This document shows, piece after piece, positions 25,143 through 32,703 of a stretch of 36,793 bases of DNA; position 1 is the stretch's first letter; every line of letters begins with the position of its first letter. The stretch comes from a bacterium (lineage in GTDB: Bacteria > Bacillota > Clostridia > Oscillospirales > Acutalibacteraceae). The stretch lies in contig JAHKXX010000101.1 of the NCBI GenBank assembly GCA_020627425.1, positions 1 to 36,793 of the forward strand, written 5' to 3'. The translations under genes were made by a program, and so were the position numbers. Below the pieces are notes generated by a model that had not been told where the DNA came from, made no database searches, and saw nothing but the letters and a program-made list of their open reading frames with translations.

Positions 25143-25450
25143 GTTTTTAAAAAATACTGAAGACTTAAGACTGAAAACTGAAAAATGAATAATGATTGTG
25201 TGAACTCACATCATACTTGCCGTATTGCCTTTTTGGAGACAATAAGTAAAATAGAGAAATATACCAGCCTTCACTATTAAGCAGCACGAGCGCCGCCCTG
25301 AGCGGCGTGACGCGGAAAAAGAGGTAGAATAAACCAAGCTTGAGACGTTGCTCTGTAGTAGGCGGTAACAATAATTTGCCACGCTGCGGCGTGCCGTGCA
25401 CGCCCTTGCCGCCGTGCGGCAAGAGAGAGTTGACAGCACAGGCACTGTGT
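25143..25450 (+). repeat. intergenic structured repeat R9 (full unit, B subfamily), P-ward on +
   Basis: Tail GTTTTTAAAAAATACTGAAGAC...CTCACATCATACTTGCCGTATTGCCTTTTT, linker GGAGACAATAAGTAAAATAGAGAAATATACC. H1 CGCCGC-cctga-GCGGCG (25291-25307). Diverged core; extra hairpins GGCGTGC-cgt-GCACGCC (25388-25404) and CTTGCCGC-cgt-GCGGCAAG (25405-25423); TTGACA; H2 CACAG-gca-CTGTG (25437-25449). Confidence 0.85.
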
Positions 25451-25451
25451 G

Positions 25452-25480
25452 TTGTTTTTTTTGAAAATGTGTGATATTAT
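25452..25480 (+). promoter_or_regulatory. extended -10 promoter for the response regulator/kinase/htrA operon
   Basis: TTGTTT (25452-25457), 17-nt spacer, TGaTATTAT (TG at 25472-25473, TATTAT at 25475-25480). The TTGACA inside R9 (25430-25435) has no -10 partner. Confidence 0.5.
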
Positions 25481-25518
25481 GTATGTATAGATCATATAAC
25501 AGAGGGGTGTACGGTAAT

Positions 25519-26226
25519 ATGAGTTTAGGCAAAATACTGATAGTAGATGATGATATAAATATATGTGAGCTGCTGCGGCTATATATAGAGAAGGAAGGCT
25601 ATGACGTTGTTATAGCAAATGACGGCGGTCAGGCTGTTACGAAATTCAAAACAGAAAAGCCCGACCTTGTAATGCTGGATATAATGCTGCCTGTGCTTGA
25701 CGGCTGGCAGGTTTGCAGAGAAATACGAAAAACCTCTAAATGTCCCATTATTATGCTGTCGGCAAAGGGCGAGGTGTTTGATAAGGTACTCGGACTCGAG
25801 CTTGGAGCGGATGACTACGTTGTAAAGCCCTTTGAAACAAAGGAAATCGTTGCCCGTATCAAGGCTGTTATGCGCAGAACGGGCGGAGGCTTTGAGGAGG
25901 CTTCCGCTGCCGATGACTCTAAAAGAGAGGTTCGCTATGACAAGCTTGTTATTAACCTCACTAACTACGAACTAAAGGTAAACGGAGAACAGATAGATAC
26001 TCCTCCAAAGGAAATGGAGCTTATTTATCACCTTGCAAGTAACCCGAACCGCGTGTTCACAAGAGATCAGCTGCTTGACGAGGTGTGGGGCTTCGATTAT
26101 TACGGAGACTCCCGTACTGTCGATGTCCACGTTAAACGCCTGCGCGAAAAGCTGGAGGGCGTGTCCGATAAATGGGCTTTAAAGACCGTATGGGGAGTAG
26201 GTTATAAGTTTGAGGTTAAAGAGTAG
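25519..26226 (+). CDS. OmpR/PhoB-family response regulator
   Basis: ATG at 25519 (MSLGKILIVDDD) after AGAGGGG. Receiver domain with Asp in LVMLDIMLP; winged-helix C-terminus (TRDQLLDEVWG...RTVDVHVKRLREKL). Upstream part of the track ORF is repeat/promoter. Confidence 0.9.
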   Translation: MSLGKILIVDDDINICELLRLYIEKEGYDVVIANDGGQAVTKFKTEKPDLVMLDIMLPVLDGWQVCREIRKTSKCPIIMLSAKGEVFDKVLGLELGADDYVVKPFETKEIVARIKAVMRRTGGGFEEASAADDSKREVRYDKLVINLTNYELKVNGEQIDTPPKEMELIYHLASNPNRVFTRDQLLDEVWGFDYYGDSRTVDVHVKRLREKLEGVSDKWALKTVWGVGYKFEVKE

Positions 26227-27733
26227 CTTCTATGCAAGAAAATCACTGTTCAGAAAATATATGAACGTCAGTGTCCTTATAGTTTTTTTCAGTTTTCTTG
26301 TACTCGGTATTATTCTTACCGTAACTATTACTAATTATTGGTCAAACGAAAAAAAGGTCACGCTTGACAACCGTGCCCGCCATGTCGCAAACTATATACT
26401 GAAAAACGCAGCTATAAACCCGTCTATCTCTAACGGCGGCGATACCGTTTCCATAAACCATGCCGAGGACATTATGTCGTCGCTGCAGCTTTATGTTGAC
26501 GACGCCGAGGTGGATATAATAGTCACAAATTCCAGTGCAAAATCTATACTCGTTGTGAGCACTACCCCGGGCATATACACAAATATGATAGTAGCGCCGG
26601 ACGTTGTTCAGCAGACCATGAAGGATTCCGGATATTTTTCCCGCGGAACTCTTGGTGGGCTTTATAGCGAGGACAGGTATATATCAGCCTGCCCGATATA
26701 TTATAACAGCGGAAAAAGTATTATGGGCGTTGTTTTTGTCACGAGCAGCCTGAAGGATATAAACAACTTCACCGATATGGTGCTTAAAATATTCATACTC
26801 TCCGCTATAGCTGCGCTCGCGGTATCGTTCCTTGCTATCAGCCTGTTTTCGTATAACCTTGTAAAGCCTCTGAAGCAGATGGCACAGGCGGCAAAGCAAT
26901 TCGGTATGGGCAATTTCAGCATAAGAGTCAGCGAGTCAAGCAACGACGAGATAGGCGAGCTTGCCGTTGCATTTAACAATATGGCAGACTCACTGTCATC
27001 CTCGGAAAACATAAGAACAAACTTTATCGCAAACGTATCGCACGAGCTGAAAACACCTATGACCACTATCGCAGGATTTATTGACGGTATACTGGACGGC
27101 ACGATACCGCCCGAAAAGCAATCCTACTATCTTGACATTGTTTCCGGAGAAGTAAAGCGTCTTTCAAGGCTTGTAAAATCTATGCTTGATCTGTCGCGTA
27201 TCGACAGCGGAAAGCTGAAGCTGAATATGCAGGAATTCGACCTGCTTTCGACGCTCGTGACGATCATAATTACCTTTGAACAGGAAATAGACAAAAAGAA
27301 TATAGAGATACGCGGGCTTGACCTGATAACTCCGAAAATAGTATATGGTGACAAGGATCTTCTTCATCAGGTAATTTACAACCTTGTGGAGAATGCCGTA
27401 AAGTTTACCAACGAGAACGGATATATAGAATTAAACATAACCGAAAGCCTGGAGCGCTTTGACTTTATAATCAGAAACAGCGGTCAGGGCATAAAGTCAA
27501 ATGAAATAGAAATGGTATTCGACAGGTTTTACAAGACCGACAAATCGCGAAGCAAGGACAAAAAGGGTCTCGGACTCGGGCTGTACCTTGTACGCAGTAT
27601 CATAAGAATGCACGGCGGCGACATAAAGGCGTCAAGTGCATACGGCGAATACTGTGAGTTCGATTTTTACATACCAAAAAAGCAGCTTATGAAAAGGCAG
27701 GAAAAGGAAAAGAAAAGTCTTTTCGGAGGTTAA
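26210..27733 (+). CDS. sensor histidine kinase (two TM helices, HAMP, HisKA, HATPase)
   Basis: H-box SHELKTPMTTI, N-box and G-box GLGLGLYLVRSI. TTG start overlaps the regulator stop by 17 nt; alternative ATG at 26261. Confidence 0.85.
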   Translation: MRLKSSFYARKSLFRKYMNVSVLIVFFSFLVLGIILTVTITNYWSNEKKVTLDNRARHVANYILKNAAINPSISNGGDTVSINHAEDIMSSLQLYVDDAEVDIIVTNSSAKSILVVSTTPGIYTNMIVAPDVVQQTMKDSGYFSRGTLGGLYSEDRYISACPIYYNSGKSIMGVVFVTSSLKDINNFTDMVLKIFILSAIAALAVSFLAISLFSYNLVKPLKQMAQAAKQFGMGNFSIRVSESSNDEIGELAVAFNNMADSLSSSENIRTNFIANVSHELKTPMTTIAGFIDGILDGTIPPEKQSYYLDIVSGEVKRLSRLVKSMLDLSRIDSGKLKLNMQEFDLLSTLVTIIITFEQEIDKKNIEIRGLDLITPKIVYGDKDLLHQVIYNLVENAVKFTNENGYIELNITESLERFDFIIRNSGQGIKSNEIEMVFDRFYKTDKSRSKDKKGLGLGLYLVRSIIRMHGGDIKASSAYGEYCEFDFYIPKKQLMKRQEKEKKSLFGG

Positions 27734-27774
27734 GATTTTCTTTCTTTCAGCAGCCAAAAAGCAGGAGGTACAAA

Positions 27775-29256
27775 ATGCCTGACAACAGATTTACAGACGA
27801 CTCAAACAATCCGATACCGCAGAGCAGAGACAATATCTACAGCGGCTCGTACAACATCGACCCTTACGGTACAGCAAACAACGGTTCAAACGGATACAAC
27901 CCTTACAATAACAGAGGCTATAGCAGAATGGATCGCGGCGAGCTTTCCCGTCAGGTTGACGAGCGATACAACAGCATAAACGGCAACCAATACTATGCGG
28001 ACTACAATAATTACGGGTACAATTACAGTGTAAGTCCCCTGCCGCCCGAGCCTCCGAAAAAGAAGCACACCGGGCTGAAGGCTTTTGTGATCTCGTTTTT
28101 GTGCGTACTGCTTGCCGTTGTAATAGGTCTTTCGGTTTTACTTATATACAACATAGGAACAACCGACACAAAACCCAAAAAGTCAAAGGATGAGTCCTAC
28201 GACTACAATTCCGACACAAGCTACAGCACAGAGACCTCGTTCACAAGCGCACCCGAAGCAAGTGCAAATCTTAACGGTCCACAGGTAAGCATATCGGAGT
28301 CAAACGGCGATGATGAAGTATCCGATGAAGTGAACGGAGCATATCTGAAGGTATCAAAAAGTATAGTATGCATAACCTCCTATGAAGCCGGAACGGATTT
28401 TACCGTGACCGGGAACGGCGAAGGCTCCGGAATAGTAATAACCTCAGACGGCTATATAGCCACCAACAGCCATGTAGTCAACGACTCGACCACGACCGGT
28501 GTTATGATAACGCTGAACGACGGTTCGCAGTATCTGGGCACGATAATCGGCATAGACAAAAAAACAGACCTTGCGGTAATAAAGATAGACGCAAAGGATC
28601 TGTCTCCGGCAGAGTTTTCCGACTCCGACAAGCTATATGTCGGACAGCCTGCCTATGCTATCGGAAACCCCGGCGGCTCGGCTTTTTCCAATTCTCTTAC
28701 CACCGGCAGTATATCGGCTCTGAACAGGATATTATCCACAAACGGCTATGTAAAGTACATACAGACAGACGCCGCCATAAACCCCGGCAACTCCGGCGGC
28801 GCGCTCATTGACAAATACGGCAGCGTAGTAGGTATGAACACCGCAAAGCTGGTGGCTACGGACTACGAGAGTATGGGCTTTGCAATACCGAGCAACACTG
28901 TTGTATCCATAGTAAACAAGCTGATAAAATACGGCTATGTAAACGACAGGGGTACTCTCGGTATAGAAGGCGCTACCTCTACTCTGTACAATGCAAAAAT
29001 GAATGGTGTTCCCCAGGGTATGATACTGACAAAAATCGAAAGCTACAGCCCTCTCGCGAAAACCAACGTCAGAGAGCAGGACATCATCACTATGATCAAC
29101 GGAACAACCATAACCAATGTTAACGAATTTACCGACATCCTGAAGGACTACAAGCCCGGTGACAGTGTTACCCTTACGCTCTTCCGTCCCTCCTCCCGCA
29201 GCATCTCTGAAACTTTCAGCTACAACGTCACCGTAAAACTGATCCCCGACCGCTAG
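27775..29256 (+). CDS. HtrA/DegP-family S1C serine protease with PDZ domain, membrane-anchored
   Basis: AGGAGG RBS. N/Y-rich cytoplasmic head, one TM helix, catalytic TNSHVV ... D ... GNSGGAL, C-terminal PDZ-like region. Confidence 0.85.
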   Translation: MPDNRFTDDSNNPIPQSRDNIYSGSYNIDPYGTANNGSNGYNPYNNRGYSRMDRGELSRQVDERYNSINGNQYYADYNNYGYNYSVSPLPPEPPKKKHTGLKAFVISFLCVLLAVVIGLSVLLIYNIGTTDTKPKKSKDESYDYNSDTSYSTETSFTSAPEASANLNGPQVSISESNGDDEVSDEVNGAYLKVSKSIVCITSYEAGTDFTVTGNGEGSGIVITSDGYIATNSHVVNDSTTTGVMITLNDGSQYLGTIIGIDKKTDLAVIKIDAKDLSPAEFSDSDKLYVGQPAYAIGNPGGSAFSNSLTTGSISALNRILSTNGYVKYIQTDAAINPGNSGGALIDKYGSVVGMNTAKLVATDYESMGFAIPSNTVVSIVNKLIKYGYVNDRGTLGIEGATSTLYNAKMNGVPQGMILTKIESYSPLAKTNVREQDIITMINGTTITNVNEFTDILKDYKPGDSVTLTLFRPSSRSISETFSYNVTVKLIPDR

Positions 29257-29430
29257 GCGCTGTGCCTGCGCTGTCAATTCGCGCAATGTAGCTTTTGTTA
29301 CCACCTACTTTTTTGGCACGCGGTCAAGCTTGGTCTATTGTCCCTCTCCGTCCGCGTCACGGCGCTTACGCGCCGCTCGTGCTGGTTTGGAGTGGAGGAC
29401 GGTATATTTGTCTGTTCTGTTTTGTAGACC
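29257..29430 (-). repeat. intergenic structured repeat R10 (short unit, tail-less arm of dimer R10/R11), P-ward on -, begins directly after the htrA stop
   Basis: TAG at 29254-29256, then + strand GCGCTG-tgc-CTGCGC (one mismatch), TGTCAATTCGCGCAATGT, TTGGCACGCGGTCAAGCTTGGTCTATTGTCCCTCTCCGTCCGCG, H1 CGGCGC-ttac-GCGCCG (29360-29375), GCTCGTGCTGGTTTGGAGTGG, linker ...TTTGTCTGTTCTGTTTTGTAGACC. Confidence 0.9.
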
Positions 29431-29742
29431 GACTTTAATAATTTACTGAAGACTGAAGACTTAAGACTGAAAAATGAATAATGATAGTGAAAATCTCACC
29501 TCAGACTTGCTGTACTGTTTTTTTGGAGACAATGAGTAGAGCAGACAAACACACTTGCCTCCTCTCCAAACCAGCGCTAAGCGGCACTTTGTGTGCCGTG
29601 ACGCGGACGGTATCGTACAATAAACCCAACTTGAGACGGTGCTCTGAAGTCGGCGGTAACAAGTACCAGCCACGCTCCGGCGTGCCGTGCACGCCCTTGT
29701 CGCCGTGCGGCAAGAGAGAGTCGACAGCGGCGGCACGCCGCC
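29431..29742 (+). repeat. intergenic structured repeat R11 (full unit, B subfamily), P-ward on +
   Basis: Tail GACTTTAATAATTTACTGAAGAC...CTCACCTCAGACTTGCTGTACTGTTTTTTT, linker GGAGACAATGAGTAGAGCAGACAAAC. H1 CGGCAC-tttgt-GTGCCG (29582-29598). Core GCGGACGGTATCGTACAATAAACCCAACTTGAGACGGTGCTC. Extra hairpins 29679-29695 and 29696-29714. TCGACA; H2 GCGGCG-gca-CGCCGC (29727-29741). Confidence 0.9.
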
Positions 29743-29771
29743 TTGACAGGGGGATGGGAGAGAGGTATAAT
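29743..29771 (+). promoter_or_regulatory. sigma-A-type promoter abutting R11, drives the YkuD-like gene
   Basis: TTGACA (29743-29748), 17-nt spacer GGGGGATGGGAGAGAGG, TATAAT (29766-29771). Confidence 0.75.
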
Positions 29772-29808
29772 AGGGGCAAGATAGAATAATATAGGGAGGA
29801 TAGAGGAA

Positions 29809-30714
29809 ATGAAGAAACCGGCGTTTGTAATAGTTGAGACAATACTTTCGCTGTGCCTTGTTGCTTCCGTGGGAGCGGCAGGAGTGCTGGCATATGATAT
29901 AAAGACAAATGAGCTTGGACTTGATAAGCTGAATCCCTTTGCCGTGTCAGAAAGCTCTGATAAAACAAAGGAGGAAAGCTCTAAGGAAACAACCAAAAAA
30001 GAAAGTAAACCCGAACAGAAGGAGTCCTCTGTTTCAGAGGAAAGTAAGGTAGAGACCATAAAGCTCAGAGAGGAACCGAAGGGTCTTAAGAATCAACCGG
30101 CAGAGCTGGAGGATATGCTTGATGACTATGGCTATAGTATTAAAAACAGTATTACGGGCGATCACTTTATAGCTGTTGATGTAAGCAGATCGAATGCAAC
30201 TGTGTATTGCTATGAGAAAAATCAGAACGGCGTCTGGTGGAATGTAGTCGGTGATAAAAAGCCCATCACCACAGATGGCTTTGTCGGCGAAAACGGTACA
30301 GCCTTTGAAATAAGCGAAGGCTCAAAGACTACTCCGGGCGGTATTTATTACCTCGGAGACGGTTTCTATACCGGAGAAAAGCCCGACACCACATACTCTA
30401 TGTTCAAGATCACCGAGGATACATATTGGGTGACGGATCCGGGCTCGAAGTTCTATAACCAAAAGGTCGAGGGTACCGAAAACAAAGACTGGTCGAGTGC
30501 CGAGCATATGATAACAAATAAAGACTCCTATAAATACGGCGTCGTTGTCAATTATAACGTCTATGATACCAAGCCCGATGCCGGCTCCGCAATATTTATG
30601 CACTGCGGCAACACTCCTACCGCAGGATGTATAGTCGTTCCCGAAAATGTTATGAAAACCATTCTCGAATGGCTCGACGGGGACAGCACCGCTTCTATAT
30701 TTATAACAGTCTGA
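29809..30714 (+). CDS. secreted YkuD/L,D-transpeptidase-fold family protein
   Basis: Signal/anchor helix and K/E/S-rich linker. C-terminal FMHCGNTPTAGCIVVPENVM resembles the H...GC catalytic motif of L,D-transpeptidase-like domains. Confidence 0.55.
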   Translation: MKKPAFVIVETILSLCLVASVGAAGVLAYDIKTNELGLDKLNPFAVSESSDKTKEESSKETTKKESKPEQKESSVSEESKVETIKLREEPKGLKNQPAELEDMLDDYGYSIKNSITGDHFIAVDVSRSNATVYCYEKNQNGVWWNVVGDKKPITTDGFVGENGTAFEISEGSKTTPGGIYYLGDGFYTGEKPDTTYSMFKITEDTYWVTDPGSKFYNQKVEGTENKDWSSAEHMITNKDSYKYGVVVNYNVYDTKPDAGSAIFMHCGNTPTAGCIVVPENVMKTILEWLDGDSTASIFITV

Positions 30715-30724
30715 ATAATACAGA

Positions 30725-30754
30725 GCCGTGTCCCGGACAAAGGACACGGCTTTT
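30725..30754. terminator. bidirectional terminator between the convergent YkuD-like gene and sigG
   Basis: GCCGTGTCC-cggacaaa-GGACACGGC followed by TTTT. Confidence 0.75.
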
Positions 30755-30758
30755 CTGT

Positions 30759-31541
30759 TTACATAGCCGCTCTTATTTTTGTAAGGGCAGCTTTTTCAAG
30801 CCTTGATACCTGTGCCTGACTGATGCCTATCTCACTTGCTACCTCTACCTGTGTTTTGCCCTTAAAAAAGCGCATAGACAGTATCCTTTTTTCCCTTGGC
30901 AGCAAGCCTTTTACGGCTTCCTTCAGGGCGATACCCCTCAGCCAGTTTGTGTCGTCGTTTGTATCTCCTAACTGATCCATAACATAAATAGTATCGTTAC
31001 CGTCGGTGAATACAGGCTCATAAAGCGATACAGGCTCTACTATCGCCTCTAATGCCTCTACTACGTTTTCGCGGGGCTCCTCTATCATTTTTGAGATCTC
31101 GTCAATAGTAGGTTCCCGGTTGTTCTCGTTTATGAACCTTTCCTTTGCCTGCATAGCCTTGTAGGCTGTGTCGCGCAAAGAGCGGCTTATCCTGATTGCC
31201 GTGTAGTCCCTGAGATACCTTCGCACCTCTCCTATTATCATCGGCACACCGTAGGTAGAAAAACGGACGTCCTTGGAGCAGTCGAAATTGTCTATTGCCT
31301 TTATAAGTCCGATACAGCCGACCTGAAACAGGTCGTCGGGATTTTCTCCGCGTCCCGAAAAGCGCTGTATAACGCTCAGCACAAGTCTCAGATTCCCCTG
31401 TATCATCTCGTTTCTTGCAGTCTCTTTTTCGGCAGGGGTGCCGTTTTTTATTACCCCTAAAAGCTCTCGCTTTCTTTTTTCGGACAGTACCGGAAGCTTT
31501 GAGGTATTGACTCCGCAAATATAAACCTTACTGTAAAGCAT
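30759..31541 (-). CDS. sigG: RNA polymerase sporulation sigma factor SigG
   Basis: 260 aa, colinear with Bacillus SigG: VYICGVNTSKLPVL, GNLRLVLSVIQRF, DLFQVGCIGLIKAIDNFD, FSTYGVPMIIGEVRRYLRD, GISQAQVSRLEK. Confidence 0.85.
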   Translation of the reverse strand: MLYSKVYICGVNTSKLPVLSEKRKRELLGVIKNGTPAEKETARNEMIQGNLRLVLSVIQRFSGRGENPDDLFQVGCIGLIKAIDNFDCSKDVRFSTYGVPMIIGEVRRYLRDYTAIRISRSLRDTAYKAMQAKERFINENNREPTIDEISKMIEEPRENVVEALEAIVEPVSLYEPVFTDGNDTIYVMDQLGDTNDDTNWLRGIALKEAVKGLLPREKRILSMRFFKGKTQVEVASEIGISQAQVSRLEKAALTKIRAAM

Positions 31542-31572
31542 AATCTTACCTCCGCAAAATCATCTGTAGATA

Positions 31573-31601
31573 TAGTATTGACAATTTTTCGGAGTAAATA
31601 C
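31573..31601 (-). promoter_or_regulatory. possible forespore (sigma-F/sigma-G type) promoter of sigG
   Basis: Reverse strand: GTATT (31597-31601), ~17 nt, AATACTA within CAATACTA (31573-31580). Resembles the GHATR-N17/18-CATxxTA consensus as I remember it. Confidence 0.35.
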
Positions 31602-31640
31602 AAAAAAGCTATCCTCAGAGTACGATGAGGATAGCTTTTG
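31602..31640 (-). terminator. rho-independent terminator after mreB
   Basis: AGCTATCCTC-loop-GAGGATAGCT (31607-31636), followed on the reverse strand by TTTTTTG. Confidence 0.8.
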
Positions 31641-31644
31641 ATAT

Positions 31645-32664
31645 TTAATACCTGTCTGTTATGGGATTTACTGTGTTTGGGTTTTTTGAATTGATGTCTA
31701 TATATTTCAGCGCAGCGCCGCAGCCGCGTACTACACAGCCGGCAGGATCCTCGGCAACTCGGACCTTTAGCTTTGTGGCGTTTGATATAAGCTGTGCAAG
31801 CCCCGGTATCTGAGCGGTACCGCCTGTCAGTATCATTCCGTCGGAATATATATCGCCCGTAAGCTCCGGGGGGGTTTCCTCAAGTACGTCCTGAATAGCA
31901 TGAACTATTGCCTCTGCTATCTCGAGCAGCGGTTCTATCGTTTCCTCAGAGTGCAGATCCACCCAAGACGGCAGACCCGTGACAAGGTTTCTGCCCTTTA
32001 CGCGATAGGTGCTGTTGCGGCTGCCCTTTATTACGCAGCCTGTATTTATCTTTGCTTTTTCGGCAGTGTTTTTTCCGACAAGCATATTATATTCCTTTTT
32101 GATGTACTTCATAATATTCTCGTCCATATTATTGCCGGCAAGCTTTATAGAACGCGAAACAGCCACACCGCCGAGCGTGATGACAGCCATATCACAGGTA
32201 CCTGCGCCAAGGTCGGCAACAAATGTACCGTGTGCGTTCTCTATATCGACGCCTGCACCGATAGCCGCAGCGACAGGCTCCTCTATAAGACAAACCTTTC
32301 TGATACCCGAGGAGCTGATAGCGTTTACTACGGCTCTTTTTTCTACCTCGGTTATCTCTCCGGGGACGCACGCGACAGCCCTCGGCATTCCTATACCGGA
32401 GGATACCACGTTTCTCAGCATTGTAGATATCATAGCCTCTACAAGACCGAAGTCGGTTATTACTCCTCCGCTTAAGGGAAACGCCGCAAGCAGCCTGTCA
32501 GAGGTCTTTCCTACCATCTCGTAAGCCTGCTGACCGACGGCGATTATCGCGTCGGTCTCAAGGTCTACGGTTATAACGGACGGCTCGTCTATAATAAGTC
32601 CTTTATTCTGTGCGAATATTCTTATTCTTGATGTTCCCAGATCTATTGCTATATCCGATCTCAT
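31645..32664 (-). CDS. mreB: rod shape-determining protein MreB/Mbl (actin-like ATPase)
   Basis: 339 aa; DLGTSRIRIF phosphate-1 motif, DLGAGTCDMAVI, GGTAQIPGL. Confidence 0.9.
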   Translation of the reverse strand: MRSDIAIDLGTSRIRIFAQNKGLIIDEPSVITVDLETDAIIAVGQQAYEMVGKTSDRLLAAFPLSGGVITDFGLVEAMISTMLRNVVSSGIGMPRAVACVPGEITEVEKRAVVNAISSSGIRKVCLIEEPVAAAIGAGVDIENAHGTFVADLGAGTCDMAVITLGGVAVSRSIKLAGNNMDENIMKYIKKEYNMLVGKNTAEKAKINTGCVIKGSRNSTYRVKGRNLVTGLPSWVDLHSEETIEPLLEIAEAIVHAIQDVLEETPPELTGDIYSDGMILTGGTAQIPGLAQLISNATKLKVRVAEDPAGCVVRGCGAALKYIDINSKNPNTVNPITDRY

Positions 32665-32703
32665 ATCCTCTTTTACTCATCTCCTCATACAGCGCTGACC
32701 TTA

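Noticed and set aside
25430-25435. TTGACA inside R9 as the -35 of the response-regulator promoter.
   Set aside because: No -10-like hexamer lies 16-19 nt downstream; the sequence there is GTTGTT. The extended -10 promoter at 25452-25480 fits better. The same T(T/C)GAC(A/C) box precedes H2 in several copies and is probably part of the repeat consensus.
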